From contig CAYREX010000001.1 of NCBI GenBank assembly GCA_964423505.1, forward strand, positions 100,861 to 164,860: a stretch of 64,000 nucleotides of DNA. Reading direction: 5' to 3'. Made by a program: the position numbers and the translations under genes. Source of the stretch: an uncultured bacterium (GTDB lineage Bacteria > Fermentibacterota > Fermentibacteria > Fermentibacterales > JCC-6). The notes under the pieces are model-generated. The model ran no database searches. It had not been told where the DNA came from and was given only the letters and a program-made list of their open reading frames with translations. Positions 48,708 through 57,710 of this stretch are shown here, in pieces (positions within the stretch are counted from its first letter, which is position 1; each line of letters starts with the position of its first letter).

Positions 48708-50237
48708 CTAGATGCTGGCCAGCGCGTAGGAGACTGCCTCCACTACCACGTCTATCTCGGCCCTGGTGATGACCAGCGGCGGCATCAGGCGCATCGTTGC
48801 GCCGGTGGAGAGCGACGAGTGCGCGCCCCGCTCCTTCATAAGCTCCTGGGCTCTCTTCACGGTCTCCGCGCTGTCGAGGTCCAGCGCTACCATCAGGCCG
48901 ATGGTCCTGTAGCCGAGCAGGTGCTCCGAGTCTATCGACTCCAGCCGCTTCGCGAAGTAGGAGGAGAGCTCGACCACCCTGTTGGTCAGGTCCAGCGCCC
49001 TCATCTGCCTCGTGGCTATGAGGGCGGCGACCATTGCCATGGGGTTGCCGCCGAAGGTCGACCCGTCGTAGCCCGGACGCATGGAGGAGGAGACCTCGTC
49101 GGTAGTGACCACGGCCGTAACGGGGTAGCCGCCGCCGAATGACTTTCCGATGGTCATGATGTCCGGGACGATGCCGTAGCGGTCGCAGGCGAACCACTGG
49201 CCGTCGCCGCCGGAGACCCTGGCGAAGCCGGTCTGGACCTCGTCCGCTATCATCACGGCGCTCTGCTCGTCGCAGAGCTCCCGGAGACCTTCAGCGAACT
49301 CCTGCGTGGCCGGTCTCATGCCGGCCTCCTCACCCTGGACCAGCTCGAGGATGACGCTCTTCGCCTTCCCCGCCTCCAGCAGCCTCCGTACCGCGTCCAG
49401 GTCGCCGAAGGGCACGAAGTGCACCCAGCTCTCTTCGTGCAGGCCGAATGGTTTGCGGTAGGCTTCGTTGTAGGTCACTGCCACGGCTCCGTGAGTGCGG
49501 CCGTGGAAGCCGCCCTCGAAGGCTATCACGCCGGTATGGCCCGTGTGGGCCTTCGCTACCTTGATGGACTTGTCCACCGCCTCGCCGCCGGAGTTCTGCC
49601 AGTAGAAGTTGTGCAGACCCTCCGGCATCATCGGGACTATCTCCTTGAGGAACCTGGACCTCGCCACCTGGATGCGGTCCTCCTTCTGGGAGATGAGCAG
49701 CCTGGCCTGGTTGTAGAGTCCCCTGGCTATGGCCTCGTTGCTGTTGCCCAGGTTGGTGGCGCTGTAGTTGCTGTCCAGGTCGACGTAGACGTTCCCGCGG
49801 GAGTCCTGGATGCGCGCTCCCTCGCCATTGACCGGCAGCAGGTCGTCCTCGAGGTGGGAGACCGGTATCTTGAAGCGGCGGTGGAGCTCCACCACCTCCC
49901 TCGTGGAGAGCTCCGACTCCATCAGGAAGTCGGCGGCACGTGAGACCTCCTCCGGCTCCATGGTCTCAAGCATGGCGGCGGCCACCCTCGTCGCGGCCCC
50001 CACCGGGAGGGCGTCGAACGGCTCTACCTCCCCGGCGGCCTCGCGGCAGGCTTCCAGCGCCCTCTCGACCCGCTCCCCCGGCTGCATCACCAGGCCGAGG
50101 ACCTCGGTGACTCTGGCAAGGGTGGTGCCGGAGCGCTCCGGGTGGGTGACCGGGTCCAGCACCACCGCGTCGAGCAGGCTGTGCTGGAGCGATCTGAGCG
50201 TCTCTTCCCTGGACAGCGCGGATATGTCTCCGAGCAT
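48708..50237 (-). CDS. Class III (omega) aminotransferase with about 110-aa N-terminal extension
   Basis: FHGRTHGAV, IADEVQTGFARVSG, PLP-Lys segment TIGKSFGGGYP. Confidence 0.8.
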   Translation of the reverse strand: MLGDISALSREETLRSLQHSLLDAVVLDPVTHPERSGTTLARVTEVLGLVMQPGERVERALEACREAAGEVEPFDALPVGAATRVAAAMLETMEPEEVSRAADFLMESELSTREVVELHRRFKIPVSHLEDDLLPVNGEGARIQDSRGNVYVDLDSNYSATNLGNSNEAIARGLYNQARLLISQKEDRIQVARSRFLKEIVPMMPEGLHNFYWQNSGGEAVDKSIKVAKAHTGHTGVIAFEGGFHGRTHGAVAVTYNEAYRKPFGLHEESWVHFVPFGDLDAVRRLLEAGKAKSVILELVQGEEAGMRPATQEFAEGLRELCDEQSAVMIADEVQTGFARVSGGDGQWFACDRYGIVPDIMTIGKSFGGGYPVTAVVTTDEVSSSMRPGYDGSTFGGNPMAMVAALIATRQMRALDLTNRVVELSSYFAKRLESIDSEHLLGYRTIGLMVALDLDSAETVKRAQELMKERGAHSSLSTGATMRLMPPLVITRAEIDVVVEAVSYALASI

Positions 50238-50306
50238 TCTCTTTCCTCTCGTTCGATCAATGGCCGGCGGTCGGGCCGGGCCGTTATTGCTAGCGAGCGG
50301 GACGCG

Positions 50307-51050
50307 TCAGTCCCTCTGCACCTCCTCCACCTCCCGGTACCACCGGAACCGGTCGCCGAAGAGGCTCCTGATCTTCCAGCGGAAGCTCTTCCGCGAGCCC
50401 TCTATCGACTCCAGCAGGCCGCCCGTGGCATCCCGGACGGCGGCGGCGTCCTCCTGCGAGAGGTACTCGGGAGCGAGGTCGGCGGTCTTGCGGAGGTTCA
50501 TCGTGGAGGTCCGCCACCATCCCCAGTCCCGGCTGCAGAGCCGGACCAGCCTGGAGGCATCTATCGACTCGGTGGAGTGCCCCCCGCAGGTGGTGCCGTG
50601 CTGGCAGAGGAGTACCATGACGTCCACCAGGTCCTTCCGGTTGATCTCAACTATCTGGAGCTTCTCCAGGAGGAGGTCCACCAGTGTTATGGTCGGGGAG
50701 TCCAGCTCCAGCCTGCCCCTGAAGTCTATCTCGTGGCAGAAGCGGAGCCTGTCCAGGAAGACATCGGAGTGGATGGGCAGCTCGGGGTGGTAGAATATCC
50801 TCCTCTTGTCGCCGAAGAGGCGGAGAACGGTCATGTTCTCCTCCCATCCCATCTCCTCGAACAGGTCCTGGACTCCGGCGACCTCCCTCGAGTAGGCGAC
50901 GAAGTCTATGTCGGTCAGGTAGCGTCCGTTGTCGTACTCCAGGGAGGCGTAGTCCGGGCACCTGATCCTGAAGGCGATGGAGCCGAGGGCCCGGATGGTC
51001 ACCCCCCTGGTCTCCGCCCTGTCCATGATCTCCCGCAGGATGAGCATCAT
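50307..51050 (-). CDS. Hypothetical protein, possible nucleotidyltransferase fold
   Basis: ATGATG start after GGAGCGGGAG; GS...DIDF pattern weakly reminiscent of Pol-beta NTases; the ORF-track 5' extension is rejected. Confidence 0.4.
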   Translation of the reverse strand: MMLILREIMDRAETRGVTIRALGSIAFRIRCPDYASLEYDNGRYLTDIDFVAYSREVAGVQDLFEEMGWEENMTVLRLFGDKRRIFYHPELPIHSDVFLDRLRFCHEIDFRGRLELDSPTITLVDLLLEKLQIVEINRKDLVDVMVLLCQHGTTCGGHSTESIDASRLVRLCSRDWGWWRTSTMNLRKTADLAPEYLSQEDAAAVRDATGGLLESIEGSRKSFRWKIRSLFGDRFRWYREVEEVQRD

Positions 51051-51145
51051 CTCCCGCTCCTGGGCCCTCAGGTGCTCGGCGTCCAGCGGGTCGCCCGGCT
51101 CCAGGAACGGCGCGTGTACGCCCTCCGGAAGACGCTCCGGCCCGG

Positions 51146-52102
51146 TCACCCCTCCACCTTCCACTGGTTCCGGACGCGTCCGTCCTCGACCTCGATTATG
51201 TAGCCCCGCAGGATGCCCTCGCCGTACTCCGACCCCGGGTTGACGACCGTGATGCCGGCCACGTCGTCGTGGCCGCTGGACTCGTGTATGTGACCGTGGA
51301 GGCCTATCATGGGTCTGTACCTCTCTATGGCGTCGGCGACGGCGCGGCTGCCCACGTGAACGAAGTTGACCTGTCCGGCTACGGTCACCGGCTTCCTGTC
51401 GGCGTCCAGCTCCGGAGCCAGGTCCAGCATGGTCCCGTAGGGGGGAGCGTGGAAGTTGAAGATGGCCCTGCCCGGGTCGTCCAGCTGCTTGATCAGCTTG
51501 CGTATGCGTTTCTTCAGCCCCTTCTCGCCATCCTCCCTGGGGGTGTCCCAGGGGGTCGGGTTGACGTAGTCCAGGCTGACCATCGGCGCGCCGAGGACCT
51601 CCACCGGTCCGTCCAGGCACCACCGGACGCCGCGGTCCCCGAAGGACCTGATGACATCGTCCACCTCCCAGTCGTCGTCGTTGCCCGGCATGACGATGGC
51701 GTCCACCCTGGCGAGGTCCACCTGCTCCACCAGCATCTCCATCCACCTGGCCATCCGGTCCTTTATCATGCCCATCATCAGGTCCTCGACGGCTCCCGGG
51801 TCGTCCTGGAGCTCGGCCACCCTGTCACGGTCGCAGCGGAGCGTGTACGCCCCGGCGTCCCGGATGCGCTTCTCCATCCCGTCCAGCTCCGAGCCCTTCT
51901 CCAGCGTCCAGTTCTTGCCGAAGTAGAAGGCGTCGTAGCGTCCGTCCGGCCTCTCGATGAGCGGGACCAGGGACTTGCCGGTCAGGTCGCCGCAGAGCAG
52001 GAGCGCCCCGGCATCGTAGAGGTCCGGCACCTTCAGCCACTTGCGCCAGACGCTCTCCGCGCCGTGCACGTCCACCGAGAAGAAGATCCTTCCGTCGCTC
52101 AT
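51146..52102 (-). CDS. Metallophosphoesterase (calcineurin-like)
   Basis: Motifs GDLTGK, GNDD, GHIHES; start ATG MSDGRIFF (coordinate +/-1). Confidence 0.75.
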   Translation of the reverse strand: MSDGRIFFSVDVHGAESVWRKWLKVPDLYDAGALLLCGDLTGKSLVPLIERPDGRYDAFYFGKNWTLEKGSELDGMEKRIRDAGAYTLRCDRDRVAELQDDPGAVEDLMMGMIKDRMARWMEMLVEQVDLARVDAIVMPGNDDDWEVDDVIRSFGDRGVRWCLDGPVEVLGAPMVSLDYVNPTPWDTPREDGEKGLKKRIRKLIKQLDDPGRAIFNFHAPPYGTMLDLAPELDADRKPVTVAGQVNFVHVGSRAVADAIERYRPMIGLHGHIHESSGHDDVAGITVVNPGSEYGEGILRGYIIEVEDGRVRNQWKVEG

Positions 52103-52107
52103 GCCGG

Positions 52108-53688
52108 CTACTCCGGCGGTATCTGGGAGTAGATCTTGCTGACGTCCACTCCCTCCCGGCGGTTCCTGGCCTGCTGAACCAGGTAGATCACGAGGCCGGC
52201 GAGCATGACCCCTATGAGGGTTATCATCACCAGCGGCTCGAAGGTTCGCAGCGAGAGGTAGATGAAGAACCAGCCGACCAGGAAGGTGAAGCCGCCCAGT
52301 ATTGTCATCACCGGCACTCCGAAGAGGCTCCACTGAACCGGCGAGCGCTCGTAGATCTCCGGCTTGTGGTAGGGCAGCAGCATGGTGGCCAGCCCGTAGG
52401 GCCAGAAGATGAAGAAGGTTGTCAGGGTGAGCAGGCCGAGGATGACGTCCACCGACAGCATCATGATGAGCACCCCTACGAAGCAGAAGGCGGCGTTGAG
52501 GTGGACGGCGTTGGTCGGCGAGCCGGTCCTCCTGTTCACCGCCGAGAGCGCCTTCGGGAAGGACTTGTCCATGGACAAGGCGAACGCCAGCCTGGAGTTG
52601 GCAAGGAAGCCGGGGAGGATGGAGTTGGCGAACCAGAGGGCTATGCTCACGGCTACCGCGAGGCCGAACCAGATGTTCCCCGCTATGGCCATGAAGTAGA
52701 AGGGCACCGAGGGCTTCACCAGCCCGCCCATGATGCCCTCCAGCACCTCCGGATGGCTGTCGTAGAGGAAGTCGTAGGAGCGGATGAAGTCGCCGAACGC
52801 GCTGTAGGTGGCGAGCACTATGACCACGTACATGAGGCCCACGAAGGCCGTCCCTATGGTGAAGCCCCTTATCATGCTGGTCTTGGGTGTCTTCACCTCT
52901 CCGCCGGCGTAGTTGATGATGGTGATGCTGGCGTAGGCCCAGACGACGACTATGAGCGACCTGATGGTCTCCCCGAAGCTGAACTCGCCCCCGGGAATTC
53001 CGAGCTCCTGCGCGCTCTGCATGACGGCGGCGAAGGAGCCCTCGCCCCATGTGGAGTCGAAGCCGGCCGCGACGCCCTCCGGCCCTCCGGAGAGGAGGAA
53101 CCAGACCACTGCTATGGCCGTGCCGACCAGCGGCACGAAGAACATCGTCCGCATCAGGTTCTTCACCTTGCGGATGCCCTTGTAGGCTATCATCCAGAAG
53201 AGGCCAACCCAGAGGAAGCCGCCCACCAGCTGCCAGTGGGAGGTCTGCATCACCTCTCCGACCGAGGCCAGCCACCCTATCCCGCTGCTGAGGGCGGCGG
53301 TGGAGAAGGCGGAGCCTATTAGCCCCACCACTATGTAGCCCAGGACACCGCTGGAGATGCCGTAGCCGATGAAGAGAAGCCAGGCGCTGAGGTACCCGAC
53401 TGTCGGTCCCATCACCCTGCTAACTGCTATGTAGAGCCCTCCGGAGCGGGGCATCGTCGCGGAGGTGATGGCCACCAGGAGGGTTATCGGCAGGAAGACC
53501 GCGAGGCCGATCAGGAAGGCCAGCGGGAGGCTGGCTCCCGGATAGTCGGCCGCGGTGGAGACCGAGTAGAACGTCACCCCGGAGGCGGCCGGTCCGGCCA
53601 CCACGAAGATGAAGACGTCGAACCACGACAGCTCCCGGACCAGGCCGGAAGCCCTCCTGGTGAATATCACACCCTTGTTCTGAGCCAT
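52108..53688 (-). CDS. APC-superfamily amino acid/polyamine permease
   Basis: 12-TM profile, N-terminal FTRRASGLVRELSWFDVFIFVVAGPAASG typical of APC transporters; SD GGGGGGAG. Confidence 0.75.
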   Translation of the reverse strand: MAQNKGVIFTRRASGLVRELSWFDVFIFVVAGPAASGVTFYSVSTAADYPGASLPLAFLIGLAVFLPITLLVAITSATMPRSGGLYIAVSRVMGPTVGYLSAWLLFIGYGISSGVLGYIVVGLIGSAFSTAALSSGIGWLASVGEVMQTSHWQLVGGFLWVGLFWMIAYKGIRKVKNLMRTMFFVPLVGTAIAVVWFLLSGGPEGVAAGFDSTWGEGSFAAVMQSAQELGIPGGEFSFGETIRSLIVVVWAYASITIINYAGGEVKTPKTSMIRGFTIGTAFVGLMYVVIVLATYSAFGDFIRSYDFLYDSHPEVLEGIMGGLVKPSVPFYFMAIAGNIWFGLAVAVSIALWFANSILPGFLANSRLAFALSMDKSFPKALSAVNRRTGSPTNAVHLNAAFCFVGVLIMMLSVDVILGLLTLTTFFIFWPYGLATMLLPYHKPEIYERSPVQWSLFGVPVMTILGGFTFLVGWFFIYLSLRTFEPLVMITLIGVMLAGLVIYLVQQARNRREGVDVSKIYSQIPPE

Positions 53689-53883
53689 TATGCTCCCCCC
53701 ATTTATTTTGCTGGATTATTGGCATAGGGACCGCACATTCTCACCTATGCGATTACCCTGCCCATGTCAACATGCAGCACCGGGGGGCTGCCCGGCCGGT
53801 TGGGGGCCGGGCTGAATGGACGGAGCGGCTCGCGTGATGTCCGGAGGCGGCTGCGGCGCCGTTCGCCGGACGCCCTGCAGGGG

Positions 53884-54606
53884 TCAGGAGCGCTCCCGGA
53901 CCTCGCCGTCTATCCCTATGACCATACGCCTGTAGGGTATCACCTTCCCGGATGACCGGAGGGCCTCCTCCACCAGGGCGACTATCCCGGAGCAGCAGGG
54001 TACCTCCATGCGCGCCACGGTGACGCTGCGTATGTCGTTCTCACGGAGTATCGAGGCCAGCTTCTCGGCGTAGCCCGATGTCTCGTCCAGCTTGGGGCAG
54101 GCCATGACCAGCTTCCGTCCGGCCAGCAGCTCCTCCTGGAAGGGGCCGTAGGCCGCCAGCACACAGTCGGCCGCCACAAGCAGGTCGGCGCCGTCCCAGT
54201 ACGGAGCGGAGGGGTTCAGGAGGCGCAGCTGCACCGGCCACTGCGAGAGCCTGGAGGGCCTCGCTCCGTCCCGTCCGTCGCCACCGGCTCCGACGGCCTG
54301 TCCGTGCCTCCTCTCGATTCTCCTCGTCATGATGCCGGGACAACCGCAGGGCAGAGGCTCCTCCGCCCCGACGGGCGCCCCCTCTCCGACCGCCTCCGGG
54401 TCGAAGGCCTCCGCCTCCCTCTCCTCTATCGTGATCGCACCCCGCGGACACTCGCCGAGGCAGTCGCCGAGACCGTCGCAGAAGGACTCCTTCACCAGCC
54501 TGGCCTTGCCGTCAACCAACTGCAGAGCCCCCTCGTGGCAGGCGGGTACGCAGAGGCCGCAACCGTCGCACTTCTCCTCGTCTATGCTGATTATCTTCCT
54601 TCTCAT
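53884..54606 (-). CDS. 4Fe-4S dicluster ferredoxin-domain protein with additional Cys-rich C-terminal domain
   Basis: CDGCGLCVPAC and CDGLGDCLGECP cluster motifs; later CGCPG, CPKLD, CCSG cysteines; ATGA overlap with the Rrf2 gene. Confidence 0.7.
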   Translation of the reverse strand: MRRKIISIDEEKCDGCGLCVPACHEGALQLVDGKARLVKESFCDGLGDCLGECPRGAITIEEREAEAFDPEAVGEGAPVGAEEPLPCGCPGIMTRRIERRHGQAVGAGGDGRDGARPSRLSQWPVQLRLLNPSAPYWDGADLLVAADCVLAAYGPFQEELLAGRKLVMACPKLDETSGYAEKLASILRENDIRSVTVARMEVPCCSGIVALVEEALRSSGKVIPYRRMVIGIDGEVRERS

Positions 54607-55022
54607 CCCGATCCCCTTCCGGCCAGCAGGTCGGCGACGGTCCTCCTCCGGAAGAAATCGCCAACCAGACCGTTCACCTCGGAGAGCAGCTCCCCGAAGG
54701 GGCACTCCTCGAGCCTGCAGCTCGAGCTGCCCAGGAGGCACCTGCCCCGGGGGAGCTCTCCCTCTATCGCTTCGTGGACCTCCTCGAGGGTGATCTCCCC
54801 GGGGTCCCGTGCCAGCGTGTAGCCTCCACCCGGCCCCCTCGCGGAGAGCACCAGTCCCGCCCTTGCCAGGCGCTGCATGACCTTGCGCGTATGGTCCGGG
54901 CTGACCCCGAGCCCCGAAGCTATGCCGACGCTCGTCATGGTCCGCCCCCCCTCGGACGCCAACTCGGCCATCGCATGCAGGCCGATCGCCACTGCGCCGC
55001 TCACGTTCAGCGCGAGGCCCAT
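54603..55022 (-). CDS. Rrf2-family transcriptional regulator (IscR/NsrR-like)
   Basis: Winged-helix N-terminus; three clustered Cys (CLLGSSSC...C) typical of cluster-ligating Rrf2 proteins; SD AAGGGGGCGG. Confidence 0.7.
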   Translation of the reverse strand: MGLALNVSGAVAIGLHAMAELASEGGRTMTSVGIASGLGVSPDHTRKVMQRLARAGLVLSARGPGGGYTLARDPGEITLEEVHEAIEGELPRGRCLLGSSSCRLEECPFGELLSEVNGLVGDFFRRRTVADLLAGRGSG

Positions 55023-55036
55023 TCCGCCCCCTTTCT

Positions 55037-55058
55037 GGTATAGTGGTACTATAATACC
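55037..55058. promoter_or_regulatory. Palindromic operator-like element with -10-like hexamers, upstream of Rrf2 gene
   Basis: GGTATAGTGGTACTATAATACC: TATAGT-ggt-ACTATA inverted repeat; about 15 nt upstream of the Rrf2 start. Confidence 0.4.
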
Positions 55059-55226
55059 TGTAATTACGCTCGGCAAGCGGCAGGGGCGGGCTGCGGGCCG
55101 GAGGCGGTTCCGGGCCTGCGTCCGGCCCCTTCCGGCGCTCTCGCGTCGGCGGCTGCGCAGCCCCCGGTGTCGCGTTGCCCGGAAGCGTCTGTTGGGTTAT
55201 CGTGGCAGTCGAGAGGGGGCACGGTG

Positions 55227-56501
55227 ATGCGGGAGGGTGGCGGGCTGGGGCGTGACCAGCTCTGGAAGGTCCTGGGGCTCACCAGACGCCTGGGCGTGCC
55301 GGTTGACCTGGACGAGATGCTTGCCGGCGTCATCGAGGTCGGCCGGGAGGTGGTCTGCGCCGAGCGGGCCACCGTCTTCCTCTACGACCGGGAGACCGAC
55401 GAGCTGGTCTCCAGGGTCGGTACCGGGCTCTCCGCCCGGGAGGTCCGATTCCCGGCCGCCGAGGGTATCGCCGGCGCCTGCGCCCGGGCCCGCGCGACCG
55501 TCAACGTACCGGACGCCTATGCGGACCCCAGGTTCAACAGCGGGGTGGACAGGGAGCTCGGATTCCGCACCAGGAGCCTGCTGGCCGTCCCGCTGGTGGG
55601 CCTGGACGACCGCCTTGTGGGCGTGCTCCAGCTGCTGAACAGGGAGACGGGACCCTTCACCCCGGAGGATGCCAGGGCCGCGGAGGTGCTCGGCGCCCAG
55701 TGCGCCACCGCCCTGCAGAGGGCGGTCCTGATGGAGGAGCGGTTCGTCAAGGAGAAGATGGAGAGGGACCTGGCCCTGGCCCGCTCCATCCAGAGAAGGC
55801 TGCTCCCCGAGGTCATGCCGGAGCTTTCCGGCTACGAGCTCGCCGGCTGGAACGAGCCGGCGGACCAGACCGGGGGCGACATCTTCGACGCGGCCCTGAT
55901 GCCGGACGGCAGCCTCTACCTGCTGCTGGCGGACGCGTGCGGCCACGGAGTGGGGCCGGCTCTCTCGGTCACCCAGCTCCGCTCCATGGTGCGGATGGGG
56001 CTGAGGGTCGGGGAGGGGCTGGACGCGGTGTTCGCCGCCGCCAACGCCCAGCTGGTCGACGACCTGGCCGGGGAGCACTTCATCACGGCCTTCGCGGGAC
56101 TGCTGGACCCGGTCGGGCACACCATCTCGTACCACGCCTTCGGCCAGGGCCCCATGCTGCACGTGCGGGCTGACGGGAGCGGCGTGGAGCGGCTCCCGGC
56201 CTCCACCATCCCGCTGGGGATAATGCCGGACATTCCGCTCCCCCCTCCGGAGAGCGTCCGGATGCAGCCGGGTGACCTCTTCTGCCTGGTGTCCGACGGC
56301 CTCTTCGAGCAGGAGAACCGGGAGGGAGAGCAGTTCGGCATCGGCAGCATGGAGGAGCTGCTTGCCACCGGCGCGGGCATGGCCCCCGACCGTCTGGCCG
56401 TCATCGTGGCGGAGAGGGTGATGGAGCACGCCGGGGAGGTCCCCCGGGAGGACGACATGACCCTGGTGCTGGTCCGCAGGAAGCGGGCCGGAAGGGCCTA
56501 G
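55227..56501 (+). CDS. GAF domain-containing PP2C-type serine phosphatase (SpoIIE/RsbU-like)
   Basis: N-terminal GAF (VFLYDRETDELV...GIAG); phosphatase motifs GGDIFDA...LLADACGHGVGPA, later SDGLFE. Confidence 0.8.
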   Translation: MREGGGLGRDQLWKVLGLTRRLGVPVDLDEMLAGVIEVGREVVCAERATVFLYDRETDELVSRVGTGLSAREVRFPAAEGIAGACARARATVNVPDAYADPRFNSGVDRELGFRTRSLLAVPLVGLDDRLVGVLQLLNRETGPFTPEDARAAEVLGAQCATALQRAVLMEERFVKEKMERDLALARSIQRRLLPEVMPELSGYELAGWNEPADQTGGDIFDAALMPDGSLYLLLADACGHGVGPALSVTQLRSMVRMGLRVGEGLDAVFAAANAQLVDDLAGEHFITAFAGLLDPVGHTISYHAFGQGPMLHVRADGSGVERLPASTIPLGIMPDIPLPPPESVRMQPGDLFCLVSDGLFEQENREGEQFGIGSMEELLATGAGMAPDRLAVIVAERVMEHAGEVPREDDMTLVLVRRKRAGRA

Positions 56502-57688
56502 TCCCCTCCCCGAACCTCCCGGCCGAGGCAGGTCCTCGCGAAGGTCTCGACCGTCAGGCGGCTCCCGGCAACCAGCCGCTCCCTGCTCTCGGCCAGCCTC
56601 CCGGCGAGGGCGCCCCCGTCTAGCCAGGCGGCCTCCAGCAGCCCGGCGAGCCGCTCCCAGCCGTCATCACCGTCGGCCGTGACCGTCAGGTCCTCGAGGC
56701 CGGCCTCCGACATGAACCTGCCGCACTTGGAGGCGTAGGGCACCGAGATGGGCAGCGTCCCGCAGAGGACGGAGAGGATCGCCCCGTGGAGGGGGACGGT
56801 GATGAACGCCCGGCACCGGGCCATCTCCCCGAGGAATGCGTCGAGGTCGCCGGGCATGACCATCCTTGCCCGGCCGCCATGGCGCATGCCCTCCATCACG
56901 AGCCGGCAGTGCCGGTCGTCGGAGTTCGACAGCGTGCCGGTATGGAAGGGGAAGAGAAGCACCTCGCCGCCGTGCCTCTCCAGGTGGGAATCCAGGAGCG
57001 CCGCCCAGGCGGCTACCTCGCAGGAGACGTCCCCCGGCCTGTGCAGGCCGAGCCTGCGCCTGACCTCCAGGGGGAGGAGGTGCCCCCGTCTGTTTGCCAC
57101 GTTCCTCGGAGCGGCCCCTATCACGTCGTCCTTCGCGGCGGACTCGGGAGCCGACCCGCCGGCAAGGGAGAAGGCCGAGTCCGGGACGAGGACCACCCTG
57201 CCGGGGTCGAGCCCGACCTCCAGAAGGAGCTCGCGGGAGCCATGGTCCCTGACCGTGACGCCCCTGCACCTGCCCAGCCACTTCCTCAGCTGGCCGGGGG
57301 TCCAGGAGGCCAGCTCCTCCCTGCGCCCTATGCCGACCGACCAGGCGAAGGTCGGCTTCCCGCATCGCCGGGCCAGCCTCAGCGGGTGCAGGTTGAACGG
57401 TGTGTAGAGGAGCGAGGAGCGGTCCTGCGCCAGCTCGCCGCCTCCCACGACGACGACGTCGGCCCACCTGACGCCCCGCCGCATGGCGGAGAGCCTGCCG
57501 CCGGCGACATCGAAGGGCACCGCGCCGTAGCTCGCCGCCGTCCGCTCCGGGTCGGCGGACATGACGCCCACCTCGATGTCGCCGAGGCCGGAGAGGTCCC
57601 GAACCTGGGCGGCGAAGATGGCCTCGTCGCCCACGTTGGTACCCTCCCGCTCGAGCTGTCCCCAGGAGGAAGTGAAGACCCTGGTCAA
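56498..57688 (-). CDS. Polysaccharide pyruvyl transferase family protein (CsaB/WcaK-like)
   Basis: N-terminal GTNVGDEAI; C-terminal ITVPLHGAILSVLCGTLPISVPYASKCGRF. Confidence 0.65.
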   Translation of the reverse strand: MTRVFTSSWGQLEREGTNVGDEAIFAAQVRDLSGLGDIEVGVMSADPERTAASYGAVPFDVAGGRLSAMRRGVRWADVVVVGGGELAQDRSSLLYTPFNLHPLRLARRCGKPTFAWSVGIGRREELASWTPGQLRKWLGRCRGVTVRDHGSRELLLEVGLDPGRVVLVPDSAFSLAGGSAPESAAKDDVIGAAPRNVANRRGHLLPLEVRRRLGLHRPGDVSCEVAAWAALLDSHLERHGGEVLLFPFHTGTLSNSDDRHCRLVMEGMRHGGRARMVMPGDLDAFLGEMARCRAFITVPLHGAILSVLCGTLPISVPYASKCGRFMSEAGLEDLTVTADGDDGWERLAGLLEAAWLDGGALAGRLAESRERLVAGSRLTVETFARTCLGREVRGGD

Positions 57689-57710
57689 GTCGGGACCCTC
57701 TCCGGTCGGG

